Shown here one piece after another: positions 25,398-33,488 of a stretch of 52,904 nucleotides of DNA. Position 1 is the stretch's first letter. Each line of letters starts with the position of its first letter. The position numbers and the translations under genes are program-made. Below the pieces are notes generated by a model. The model was not told the origin of the DNA and did not search any database. It worked only from the letters and a program-made list of their open reading frames with translations. This DNA is from a virus (taxonomy: Duplodnaviria > Caudoviricetes): positions 1 to 52,904 of the IMG/VR virus record IMGVR_UViG_3300025585_000055; one strand, given 5' to 3'.

Positions 25398-25889
25398 ATG
25401 GAAATCCGAATCAGATCAACAGGCCAAGTCATGCTTGAACAGGAGTTTCGTGCTTACCAGCAGGCCAATGGCGGCCCTACATGGGGGCAGACGACAGACG
25501 AGATTCTGGACAACCTTGGTGCTGATCCTGTCTTTGAAGGCCCGCAGGATTCAGGCGGGACGGTCTACCAATACTCGCAGCGTGACGGCGTGGAGCAAGT
25601 TCAGGGCAAGTGGTACACCAAGTACATACTTGGCCCAGTCTTTGTTGACGGCGAGACCACAGCCGTTGAACAGGAAGCAGCCTACAAAGCACAGAAGGAT
25701 GCCGAGTTTGCAGCCAACGCCAGAACCCAGCGAGACAGGCTTTTGTCGGAGTGTGATTGGGTCGTCATCAAGTCTCTGGAATCTGGTCAGGCAATTCCGA
25801 GTGAGTGGGCGGCCTACCGTCAAGCCCTGCGAGACCTTCCGCAGCAAGCGGGCTTTCCAGTTTCAATCACTTGGCCCGTCAAGCCGTAA
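25398..25889 (+). CDS. Tail fibre assembly chaperone-like protein 2
   Basis: RDRLLSECDW...WAAYRQALRDLPQQAGFP...WP; paralogous to 20877..21314. Confidence 0.75.
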   Translation: MEIRIRSTGQVMLEQEFRAYQQANGGPTWGQTTDEILDNLGADPVFEGPQDSGGTVYQYSQRDGVEQVQGKWYTKYILGPVFVDGETTAVEQEAAYKAQKDAEFAANARTQRDRLLSECDWVVIKSLESGQAIPSEWAAYRQALRDLPQQAGFPVSITWPVKP

Positions 25890-25898
25890 GGAGTCGCC

Positions 25899-26141
25899 AT
25901 GAACATCGACGAAATCGCGTTACGTCAGATCGTCCGTGAGGAAATGAAATCGGCTTTGAAAGAAGTCGGGCTTCATGACGATGACGCCGGTACCGATGTT
26001 CGTGACCTTCGCTCTTTGATTACCGACTGGCGCGGCATCAAGAAAACAATCTGGCAGACTATCGCTAGGGCTGGGACTGTTTTTGTTCTCGGCCTGCTTG
26101 TAGTTGGCGGATGGAGCAAGATTAACGGCAATGGTGAATAA
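25899..26141 (+). CDS. Small membrane protein (one C-terminal TM segment), lysis region
   Basis: TAAGGAG RBS; hydrophobic AGTVFVLGLLVVGGW. Confidence 0.7.
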   Translation: MNIDEIALRQIVREEMKSALKEVGLHDDDAGTDVRDLRSLITDWRGIKKTIWQTIARAGTVFVLGLLVVGGWSKINGNGE

Positions 26142-26143
26142 CC

Positions 26144-26617
26144 ATGCTCGATCCCGTCTCGGCTATGGCTATAGCTACATCGGCCTACAATATGCTCAAG
26201 AAGGGCATCGAGGTAGGCCGAGAGCTGGAGGACATGGGCGGGCAACTAGGAACCTGGTTCGGGGCCATCGCTGATGTAAAAGCAGCCGACGAGGAAGCCT
26301 CTGATCCGCCGCTATTTAAAAAGGTTTTTGCTAAGTCCTCTGTCGAGCAAGAAGCCATCGAAAACCTGATGCGCCGCAAAAAGATTGAGCAGCAGGAACG
26401 AGAACTTAGAGAAATGATCGTGTACCGTTTCGGCGTAGATGCCTATCGGGACATGATAAAAGATCGAAACAAAATTCGAGACTCGCGTCAAAAAGCAATC
26501 GACGCTCGCGCCAGAAAGATCAAGAAACTAATATTAAACGCTGTCGCCATTGCCTTGATCGCTCTGATCGTGGCAATACCGATAGCTGCCGCAGTCTACA
26601 TAATGCAGAGGATGTAA
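26144..26617 (+). CDS. Coiled-coil protein with a C-terminal TM helix
   Basis: Hydrophobic stretch LILNAVAIALIALIVAIPIAAAVYI. Confidence 0.7.
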   Translation: MLDPVSAMAIATSAYNMLKKGIEVGRELEDMGGQLGTWFGAIADVKAADEEASDPPLFKKVFAKSSVEQEAIENLMRRKKIEQQERELREMIVYRFGVDAYRDMIKDRNKIRDSRQKAIDARARKIKKLILNAVAIALIALIVAIPIAAAVYIMQRM

Positions 26618-26619
26618 CC

Positions 26620-27102
26620 ATGATGACTCTCTTATCTACCCTGCTGGGATTCGCCTCCGGGGGATTGCCGAAGGTTTTGGACTACTTCCAAAGTCGCGGC
26701 GAAATGAAGCACGAGCTGGCTTTGATGGCCGCACAGCGCGAACGTGAAATTGCGCTGGCGAAAGAGGGTTACATCGCTCAGGCACGAGTCGAGGAAATCA
26801 AAACAGATCAGATCGCCATGCAAACACAGGCGCAGGAAAAGATTGCGATGTGGAAGCACGACATGAAAATCGGGGAGGGCGCGTCAATCTGGGTTATTAA
26901 CCTTCGGGCTTCAGTGCGACCGATTGTCACCTACCTCTTTGTTGGCTTACTTATCACCGTTGATATTGCTGGCATCTGGTACGCCTATTCAACTGGTGTC
27001 GCATTTGCTGATGCCATGAATATGGTTTTCAGTGACGATGAAATGTCTATTTTGGCCGCAATCATCGCTTTCCATTTTGGCGGAAGGGCGTTTGGCAAAT
27101 GA
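26620..27102 (+). CDS. Putative holin (GTA-type 3TM holin-like)
   Basis: LRASVRPIVTY and terminal IIAFHFGGR motifs; hydrophobic segments; upstream of the endolysin. Confidence 0.7.
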   Translation: MMTLLSTLLGFASGGLPKVLDYFQSRGEMKHELALMAAQREREIALAKEGYIAQARVEEIKTDQIAMQTQAQEKIAMWKHDMKIGEGASIWVINLRASVRPIVTYLFVGLLITVDIAGIWYAYSTGVAFADAMNMVFSDDEMSILAAIIAFHFGGRAFGK

Positions 27103-27590
27103 TAGGCGTTTACGCGGTCATAAACATATTCAACCGTAAAGCCTATGTTGGAAGCAGTATAAACATTGGCAGGCGTTTGGCGCAGCACCGATGGTCAATA
27201 AAGCACAAGCGTTTTCTTAATCGGCAGCCTTATCAAGACGACGCTACGATTTACGGTATTGATGGCTTTGAGTTTGTTGTTTTAGCTAAGACAGACACAA
27301 TAGAGCAGGCGCGTGAACTTGAAACTGCTTGTCTTGAGTGTTTTTTTGGCGATGACCTTTACAACAAAAGTCCAAACGCTGACGGCGCTACTGGCACTAA
27401 AAGGGATAGTGCGGCTTATGTTGTTGGTTCTGCAAAACGCATAAGCAACCCTAACTTCTCAGCAAAGTTGTCAGAGGCGTGTAAGGGTAAAAGGCAGATT
27501 GTTACCTGCCCATCATGTGGGCTTTCTGGTGGTGGGGGTAATATGCGTAGATATCACTTTGAGAAGTGTAAATCATATGCAAACATCTGA
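27099..27590 (+). CDS. Free-standing GIY-YIG homing endonuclease
   Basis: GVY-x10-YVG, RRLAQH (catalytic Arg), conserved Glu and YN; C-terminal CPSCG...MRRYHFEKC module. Confidence 0.85.
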   Translation: MIGVYAVINIFNRKAYVGSSINIGRRLAQHRWSIKHKRFLNRQPYQDDATIYGIDGFEFVVLAKTDTIEQARELETACLECFFGDDLYNKSPNADGATGTKRDSAAYVVGSAKRISNPNFSAKLSEACKGKRQIVTCPSCGLSGGGGNMRRYHFEKCKSYANI

Positions 27591-28062
27591 GGAAGGCATT
27601 AATCTGATTAAAGCCTTTGAGGGTTGCCATAGCAGCCCCTATAGGTGTCCTGCTACGCTTTGGACAATTGGGTACGGCCATGTGCTATACCCTGAGCAAG
27701 CAAGGCTTAAAACAGACGATAGAGCCTCCTATCCACTAAAGCCACAGCATAATCGAGTCTGGGATGCTGACGAAATTAATTCGCTTCTTGAGGCGGACTT
27801 ACAACGCTTTTCGGATGGGGTATTACGATTATGTCCTGCTGCTGCTGATAATGATCGCCACCTATCGACACTGGTTAGCTTTGCGTTCAATGTGGGGCTA
27901 GGGAATTTGCAATCCTCGACATTGCGAATGAAATACAATCGAGGCGACTACGCTGGCGCGGCAGATGAATTCCTCAAATGGCGTAAGTCGAACGGCGTCG
28001 TTCTTGCCGGGCTGGTCAGGCGTAGAGAAGCAGAGCGGGCGCTGTTTTTATCCGGGGGCTAA
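27577..28062 (+). CDS. Endolysin, GH24 lysozyme
   Basis: LIKAFEG...YRCPATLWTIGYGH (E-C-T triad), SFAFNVG and GLVRRREAE. Start set to ATG 27577. Confidence 0.92.
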   Translation: MQTSEEGINLIKAFEGCHSSPYRCPATLWTIGYGHVLYPEQARLKTDDRASYPLKPQHNRVWDADEINSLLEADLQRFSDGVLRLCPAAADNDRHLSTLVSFAFNVGLGNLQSSTLRMKYNRGDYAGAADEFLKWRKSNGVVLAGLVRRREAERALFLSGG

Positions 28063-28067
28063 TCCCA

Positions 28068-29936
28068 ATGCTGAAAAAAATCACGTTCAAGTCCGGGGTT
28101 AACCGAGAAAACACGCGGTATGCTGCCGAAGGGACATGGTACGAAACCAACAAAGTTCGGTTTCGCGTCGGCTTGCCTCAAAAAATTGGTGGGTGGCAGC
28201 GCTTGTCTTCCAACACCTACCTCGGCGTGTGCCGTTCCATGACCAACTGGGCCACACTGGCCGGCCAAAACCTCGTATCTGTCGGCACAAACCTCAAGTA
28301 CTACATCGAGCGCGGGGGCGATTACTTTGACGTGACGCCGATTCGGCTGACAACCTCTGCCGGAGATGTGACTTTTGCGGCTACTAACGGCTCTGCTGTT
28401 CTCACCGTCACCGATGTTGACCATGGTGCCCAGCAGGGGGACTACGTGACTTTCTCCGGCGCCGTAAGTTTGGGTGGCAACATCACTGCAGCGGTGCTCA
28501 ACCAAGAATACAGCATCGCCTCCATCATCGACGACGACAACTACACGATTGTAGCTACAGCCACGGCCAATTCGTCTGACAGCGGAGACGGCGGCGCCGC
28601 CGTTGTAGCGGCCTACCAAATTCCAGTAGGTAACGAGATAGAAGTGCCGTTTACTGGATGGGGCGCAGGTCGTTGGGGGTTTGGTACGTGGGGGATTGGT
28701 GGCACCACTATCGCGCCTATGCGTATATGGAGCCAAAACAACTTCGGGGAAGACCTGTTCTTCACCTACCGCGGCGGGAAGCCGTTTTATTGGGACGCTA
28801 GTACCGGGGTGACAACCCGGGCTGTTTATGTGTCCTCTCTTGGTGGCGCATCAGATGTCCCGACGATTACCAACATCGCCTTCGTGTCTGACATTTTTCG
28901 GTTTGCGTTCTGTTTCGGGGCGAATGAGATTGGCAGCAGCGCGCTTGACCCTATGCTGATCCGTTGGTCCGACCAAGAGGACGTAGCAAACTGGACCCCC
29001 GAGGCAACCAACCAAGCCGGCAGCCTACGTGTCTCAAAAGGCACCCAAATAGTCGCAGCTAAGCAAGCGCGTCAGGAAGTGTTGGTATTTACTGATGCGG
29101 CCGTATATGGCCTGCAGTACCTCGGAGCTCCGGAAGTGTGGGGTGCGCAACTACTCGGGGACAACATTACAATCATCAGCCCCAACGCCGTCGTGTATTC
29201 CAACAACATTGCGTACTGGATGGGCAAAGACAAGTTCTACTACTACGACGGTACCGTAAAAACGTTGCCCTGTTCAGTGCGCAGCTACGTGTTCGACGAC
29301 ATCAATAAGCAGCAATTTGACCAAGTTGTTTGCGGCACGAACGAGCAGTTCGACGAAATCTGGTGGTTCTACCCGGCAGCTGGCTCTGATGAAAACGACC
29401 GCTACGTGATCTATAACTACGTTGAGCAGGCGTGGTACTACGGCACGTTGCGCCGTTCTGCGTGGCTTGACTCCGACCTTCGGGACTACCCGATTGCCGC
29501 CACGTACAGCAACAACTTGGTTTACCACGAGTACGGCGTCGATTGTAACGAGCTGGGTACAGCCAACCCGATAACGGCAACAATCGTTTCGGCCGAGTTT
29601 GACGTGGACGACGGTGATCGCTTCATGCTTATCAACCGCGTGCTGCCTGACATGACGTTCCAAGGCTCTACAGCGGATACGCCATCAGCCACAATGACCC
29701 TGCTGCCTTTGGAAAACTCGGGCTCCGGGTACTACAACCCTGCCTCTGTGGGGGGCAACAGCACAAACACCATCTCCCGTACGGCTACGGTGCCGATTGA
29801 AGAGTTTACCGGGCAAGTGTATGTGCGGATCAGAGGCAGGCAGATGGCGTTCAAAGTGGAGTCCACGGGCTTGGGGGTTACGTGGAAGCTGGGTGCACCG
29901 CGGTTTGACATGATTCCGGCGGGGCGCAGAGGCTGA
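28068..29936 (+). CDS. Putative tail nozzle / DNA stabilisation protein (P22 gp10-like)
   Basis: 622 aa, beta-rich, IRWSDQED motif; precedes the ejection proteins. Confidence 0.65.
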   Translation: MLKKITFKSGVNRENTRYAAEGTWYETNKVRFRVGLPQKIGGWQRLSSNTYLGVCRSMTNWATLAGQNLVSVGTNLKYYIERGGDYFDVTPIRLTTSAGDVTFAATNGSAVLTVTDVDHGAQQGDYVTFSGAVSLGGNITAAVLNQEYSIASIIDDDNYTIVATATANSSDSGDGGAAVVAAYQIPVGNEIEVPFTGWGAGRWGFGTWGIGGTTIAPMRIWSQNNFGEDLFFTYRGGKPFYWDASTGVTTRAVYVSSLGGASDVPTITNIAFVSDIFRFAFCFGANEIGSSALDPMLIRWSDQEDVANWTPEATNQAGSLRVSKGTQIVAAKQARQEVLVFTDAAVYGLQYLGAPEVWGAQLLGDNITIISPNAVVYSNNIAYWMGKDKFYYYDGTVKTLPCSVRSYVFDDINKQQFDQVVCGTNEQFDEIWWFYPAAGSDENDRYVIYNYVEQAWYYGTLRRSAWLDSDLRDYPIAATYSNNLVYHEYGVDCNELGTANPITATIVSAEFDVDDGDRFMLINRVLPDMTFQGSTADTPSATMTLLPLENSGSGYYNPASVGGNSTNTISRTATVPIEEFTGQVYVRIRGRQMAFKVESTGLGVTWKLGAPRFDMIPAGRRG

Positions 29937-30592
29937 TGTCCATTGAAAAATATCTCATAAATAAGATACAGCCCCCGGCGCTTCCCGTGTCGCCGCCCAA
30001 CCCCCTGCGCGGGTATTTGGATGATCTGAACAACATACTGCGCTTGTTCTTCGCCAGAGCGGCTAACAACATCAACCTGCTCACCGGCAGTAACGGCGGT
30101 CGGTTTATTGATAGCCCCAACGGGCTTTTCTGGGATGACGACGACCAGCCTCTGGATACGATCAACGTCGAACAGCCGGTGCGGTTTAACCAGACGTACC
30201 TGAACAACGGTATGACCATTAACGGCCCAACAACGTCGCAGATCACAATGACGTATTCGGGGATATACAACTTCCAGTTCAACGCCATGCTGCGCAGCTC
30301 TTCGGCCAACAGTAAAATTGCGTACATCTGGATTGCTAGAAACGGCACTAACATTGGGTATACCGCTCGGGAGTACTTGATCTCTGGTTCCGGCGGGGTT
30401 TTGGAGATTAACTGGAACTTCAACATAGACATGCAGGCGGGGCAGTACATTGAGATCATGTGGACAGGTGATAATATTGACCTCTCGCTCGATGCGGTTG
30501 CACCCACGTCCCCTCACCCGGGTATTCCGTCCGCGGTAATTGCCGTAACTTTCGTATCCGTGTTGCCCGACACGTTACCGACACCACCTTGA
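29936..30592 (+). CDS. Putative tail protein (218 aa)
   Basis: Coupled to the nozzle gene; beta-sandwich-like C-terminus (GIYNFQF). Confidence 0.65.
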   Translation: MSIEKYLINKIQPPALPVSPPNPLRGYLDDLNNILRLFFARAANNINLLTGSNGGRFIDSPNGLFWDDDDQPLDTINVEQPVRFNQTYLNNGMTINGPTTSQITMTYSGIYNFQFNAMLRSSSANSKIAYIWIARNGTNIGYTAREYLISGSGGVLEINWNFNIDMQAGQYIEIMWTGDNIDLSLDAVAPTSPHPGIPSAVIAVTFVSVLPDTLPTPP

Positions 30593-30600
30593 GGTGAAGC

Positions 30601-32061
30601 ATGGCCGATTACATTGACACCCTTCTCAGTCGACGCGACCCGACTTACGGTGGAGCAGTAAACGAAACGGGCTTGGTAAGTCTCCAAAATATGTTTCCGA
30701 GTGAAAACCCTGCTCCTGTTTTCCTCAGTGGGCTCCCCCCTTCGATTTACCCCGGGCCGCAGGATCGTCTTGGCGAAGACGTTGAAGGTGCGGGCACCGC
30801 GGGAATTCTGCCGAATGTGCAGGAAATGGAGATTCAAAGTTGGTTCGCGGCTAACCCCGATGCCACAGCACAAGACATTTTTGATGTCATGCAGGCCAAC
30901 GACATATCTCCGGAAGCGGTCATCAGCGCAATGGGGTTCGACCCCGTAAGCGCAATGGCGACGTACAATACCTTTCTACAAGCGCCGGCTGCGCCGACTG
31001 CGCCTACACAACAGGCAGACACAGGCGTGCTTGATACCCTTCTTGGAGGGGCGAAAGACGCGGTGACCGCCGTTAGCGGCGTGATTGATACCGGACTGCA
31101 ACAGCTGGGCGATCTTATTGGGATGGGCGATCCTAGCCTTGTGGTGCTTAACCCAGTGAACCCCACAGCGTCTGTGGTGTACGGCACTCCTACAGGCAAC
31201 GCGACGCCTACAATTATCGGCAGCATGCCAAACAGCGGCGCGCCAGTAGGGGTAATCACCGGTATTCCTGCGCTTGATAACATTCTTGCTGGGGTATTTT
31301 CTCAAAGAGCTTCGCAGGGTAGTCGTGACATCAAAGAGATCATCCGCGAAGCGGTGCTTGGCACCATTAGTTCCGAGACAGGTTACCCGGTTGCAGGTGT
31401 TGCAGGGGCAGTGGAAGGTGGCCTTAGTGGTGACCTCAACAAAGTTGTGGACAGTGTTAGTAAAGTTGTTCTGCAGATAGATAAGAAGCTCGAAGACGAC
31501 GTTAATGTAGACCCGTTGTCCATCATAAAAGGGCCGGCGCAAGTAGGCGAAATGGGCCCTACATTGGAAGAGTTGAATACTAAAACAACCACTACAACCG
31601 ACACCACTGGTGGCGACAAGACCGATACAACTACAACCGACACCACTGGTGGCAACAAGACCGATACAACTACAACCGACACCACTGGTGGGGATTCGAC
31701 GGTTATCACTGGTGGAGGCAAAGATGTAGCGGATTTGGGCACGCCTGTGACGTTAACCCCCGCCGATTTGGATGAAGGCGAAGAAGTCACATCAGACGCG
31801 GTCGAAAGCGTGCTAAAAACCCCAGTGCCGCAAACGCCGGCTACACCCCTCTATGGACAAGGAATCCGCGGCATGAAAACGGAGAAGGCAGGGATAGCAC
31901 CGTTGGAAGATACGTTTGACATCAGCGACTTGTCGCTTGCTGAGATACTGCGTTTATTGACTGCCGCAGATGACAATACACAGCGCTCCCCGTATTATGG
32001 TGGCGGCAGCGTAAACAGCGCAAATAGCCTAGACGAGATAATCCGTCTACTGAGAGGGTGA
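30601..32061 (+). CDS. Putative internal virion protein (486 aa, acidic)
   Basis: GAGGT RBS; low complexity; C-terminal YYGGG. Confidence 0.6.
   Translation: MADYIDTLLSRRDPTYGGAVNETGLVSLQNMFPSENPAPVFLSGLPPSIYPGPQDRLGEDVEGAGTAGILPNVQEMEIQSWFAANPDATAQDIFDVMQANDISPEAVISAMGFDPVSAMATYNTFLQAPAAPTAPTQQADTGVLDTLLGGAKDAVTAVSGVIDTGLQQLGDLIGMGDPSLVVLNPVNPTASVVYGTPTGNATPTIIGSMPNSGAPVGVITGIPALDNILAGVFSQRASQGSRDIKEIIREAVLGTISSETGYPVAGVAGAVEGGLSGDLNKVVDSVSKVVLQIDKKLEDDVNVDPLSIIKGPAQVGEMGPTLEELNTKTTTTTDTTGGDKTDTTTTDTTGGNKTDTTTTDTTGGDSTVITGGGKDVADLGTPVTLTPADLDEGEEVTSDAVESVLKTPVPQTPATPLYGQGIRGMKTEKAGIAPLEDTFDISDLSLAEILRLLTAADDNTQRSPYYGGGSVNSANSLDEIIRLLRG
31591..31691 (+). repeat. 39-bp in-frame tandem repeat x about 2.6 (TTTDTTGGDKTDT)
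   Basis: Near-identical units at 31591, 31630 and 31669. Confidence 0.9.
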
Positions 32062-32065
32062 CTAT

Positions 32066-32689
32066 ATGGCAGGTATCACTGACCTTTTGAAAGGTTTGAT
32101 ATTCAAACCCGATGGCAGCATTGACTATGCAAAAGCCGCCGCTACTGCCGCAGGCTTGGCCGGGCTGTACGGACTTACAAACAAAGACAGTGGTATAGCA
32201 CAGTTTCTAGGCATGGGCAGTCGCCAGCAGCCAGTGGGCTACACCGGCGGTATCCCGGGGTACAAAGCAGAGCGCGCTGTTGTGCCCAACGCTTTTGCTA
32301 CAACTACCCCAACAGGAGAGCCGCGTCGCCCGGGTAGCACAGGCCGACGGTATTTTACAGATACTACGTATACTCCTACTGGCGCGCTGCTCTCCGCTTT
32401 TGCACAAGGCGGCCTTGCGTCACTCGCGCAGTCCCGCGGCTACTACTTGGGTGGCCCCACTGACGGTATGGCGGACGAAATCCCTGCCACTATTGACGGC
32501 GAACAGCCCGCTGCTCTGAGCGATGGGGAGTTCGTGATCCCCGCTGATGTCGTCAGCCACCTCGGCAACGGCAATTCTGACGCTGGTGCGAGAGCACTGT
32601 ACGAAATGATGGATCGTGTACGGCAGGCCCGTACAGGCCGTAAAGAACAGGGGCGCAAGATCAACCCCAACAAATTTATACCCGTGTGA
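32066..32689 (+). CDS. Virion protein with FAQGG/YYLGG and a DEIPA...LSDGEFVIPA domain
   Basis: C-terminal domain resembles the FAxGG...SDSIPAxLSNGEFV segment of tape-measure proteins. Confidence 0.7.
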   Translation: MAGITDLLKGLIFKPDGSIDYAKAAATAAGLAGLYGLTNKDSGIAQFLGMGSRQQPVGYTGGIPGYKAERAVVPNAFATTTPTGEPRRPGSTGRRYFTDTTYTPTGALLSAFAQGGLASLAQSRGYYLGGPTDGMADEIPATIDGEQPAALSDGEFVIPADVVSHLGNGNSDAGARALYEMMDRVRQARTGRKEQGRKINPNKFIPV

Positions 32690-32699
32690 GGTAAGCACC

Positions 32700-33488
32700 A
32701 TGGCCGTATCAGACGTTCCTCAAGGAAACGTGCTCGGGGAAGAGTCATCCCTTTCCAGTTGGGCCGGTCCCTATGTGACCAATATGCTTGGTCGCGGTGC
32801 GGCGTTGTCAAATATGCCGTACACCGCTTACGAAGGTCCGCTGACTGCGGGCCCCTCTACACTTCAGACGCAGGCGTTTCAGGGGCTTGGGGCATTGAAT
32901 ATCCCCACATCCGGGTCGTTCACAGCACCCGGCACCGCGGCAACTTACATGAGTCCGTTTCTGGAGGGTGCCCTTGCTCCGCAAGTAGCTGCTGCACGTC
33001 GACAAGCTGATATCAGTGCGCAAAATCTGCAAACCCAGTACGGCAAAGCCGGAGCTTACGGCGGGTCACGCCAAGCTGTCGCTGAGGCAGAACTCAATAG
33101 AGGCTTGCTCGACAGACTGGATAGCATCTACGGCACCGGCTACGAAAACGCATTCCAGCGGGCGCAAGATCAGTTCAACACCGAACAACGATATGGGCTG
33201 GAGGCGCTGCGTGAGCAGCTTGCCGGTGGTAGAGAAGAGCGCGGGATTGAACAGCAGGGCGTCCTCGCCGACATCGCGCAGTTTGAGCAGGAGCGAGATT
33301 ACCCGATGCAGCAGCTCAAGTTCATGCAGTCGTTGCTCGGTTCCGGCGTGCCGCTGGAAACACAGACGTATTCGTACTACGAGCCGACCGGGCTGCAGTC
33401 TTTAACAGGAACACTGACGGGGCTTGGTGGTATTCCCGACTTACTAGAAAAACTTTTCGGTAGTTCGACTGGGGGTACAAAAGGATGA
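32700..33488 (+). CDS. Putative DNA ejection/pilot protein
   Basis: GAGGT RBS at ATG 32700; Q/A/G-rich helical sequence with GAYGGSRQA. Confidence 0.6.
   Translation: MAVSDVPQGNVLGEESSLSSWAGPYVTNMLGRGAALSNMPYTAYEGPLTAGPSTLQTQAFQGLGALNIPTSGSFTAPGTAATYMSPFLEGALAPQVAAARRQADISAQNLQTQYGKAGAYGGSRQAVAEAELNRGLLDRLDSIYGTGYENAFQRAQDQFNTEQRYGLEALREQLAGGREERGIEQQGVLADIAQFEQERDYPMQQLKFMQSLLGSGVPLETQTYSYYEPTGLQSLTGTLTGLGGIPDLLEKLFGSSTGGTKG

Noticed and set aside
27099-27590. Group I intron around the GIY-YIG gene
   Set aside because: Holin and lysozyme are both intact and overlap the endonuclease ORF, leaving no room for an intron core.
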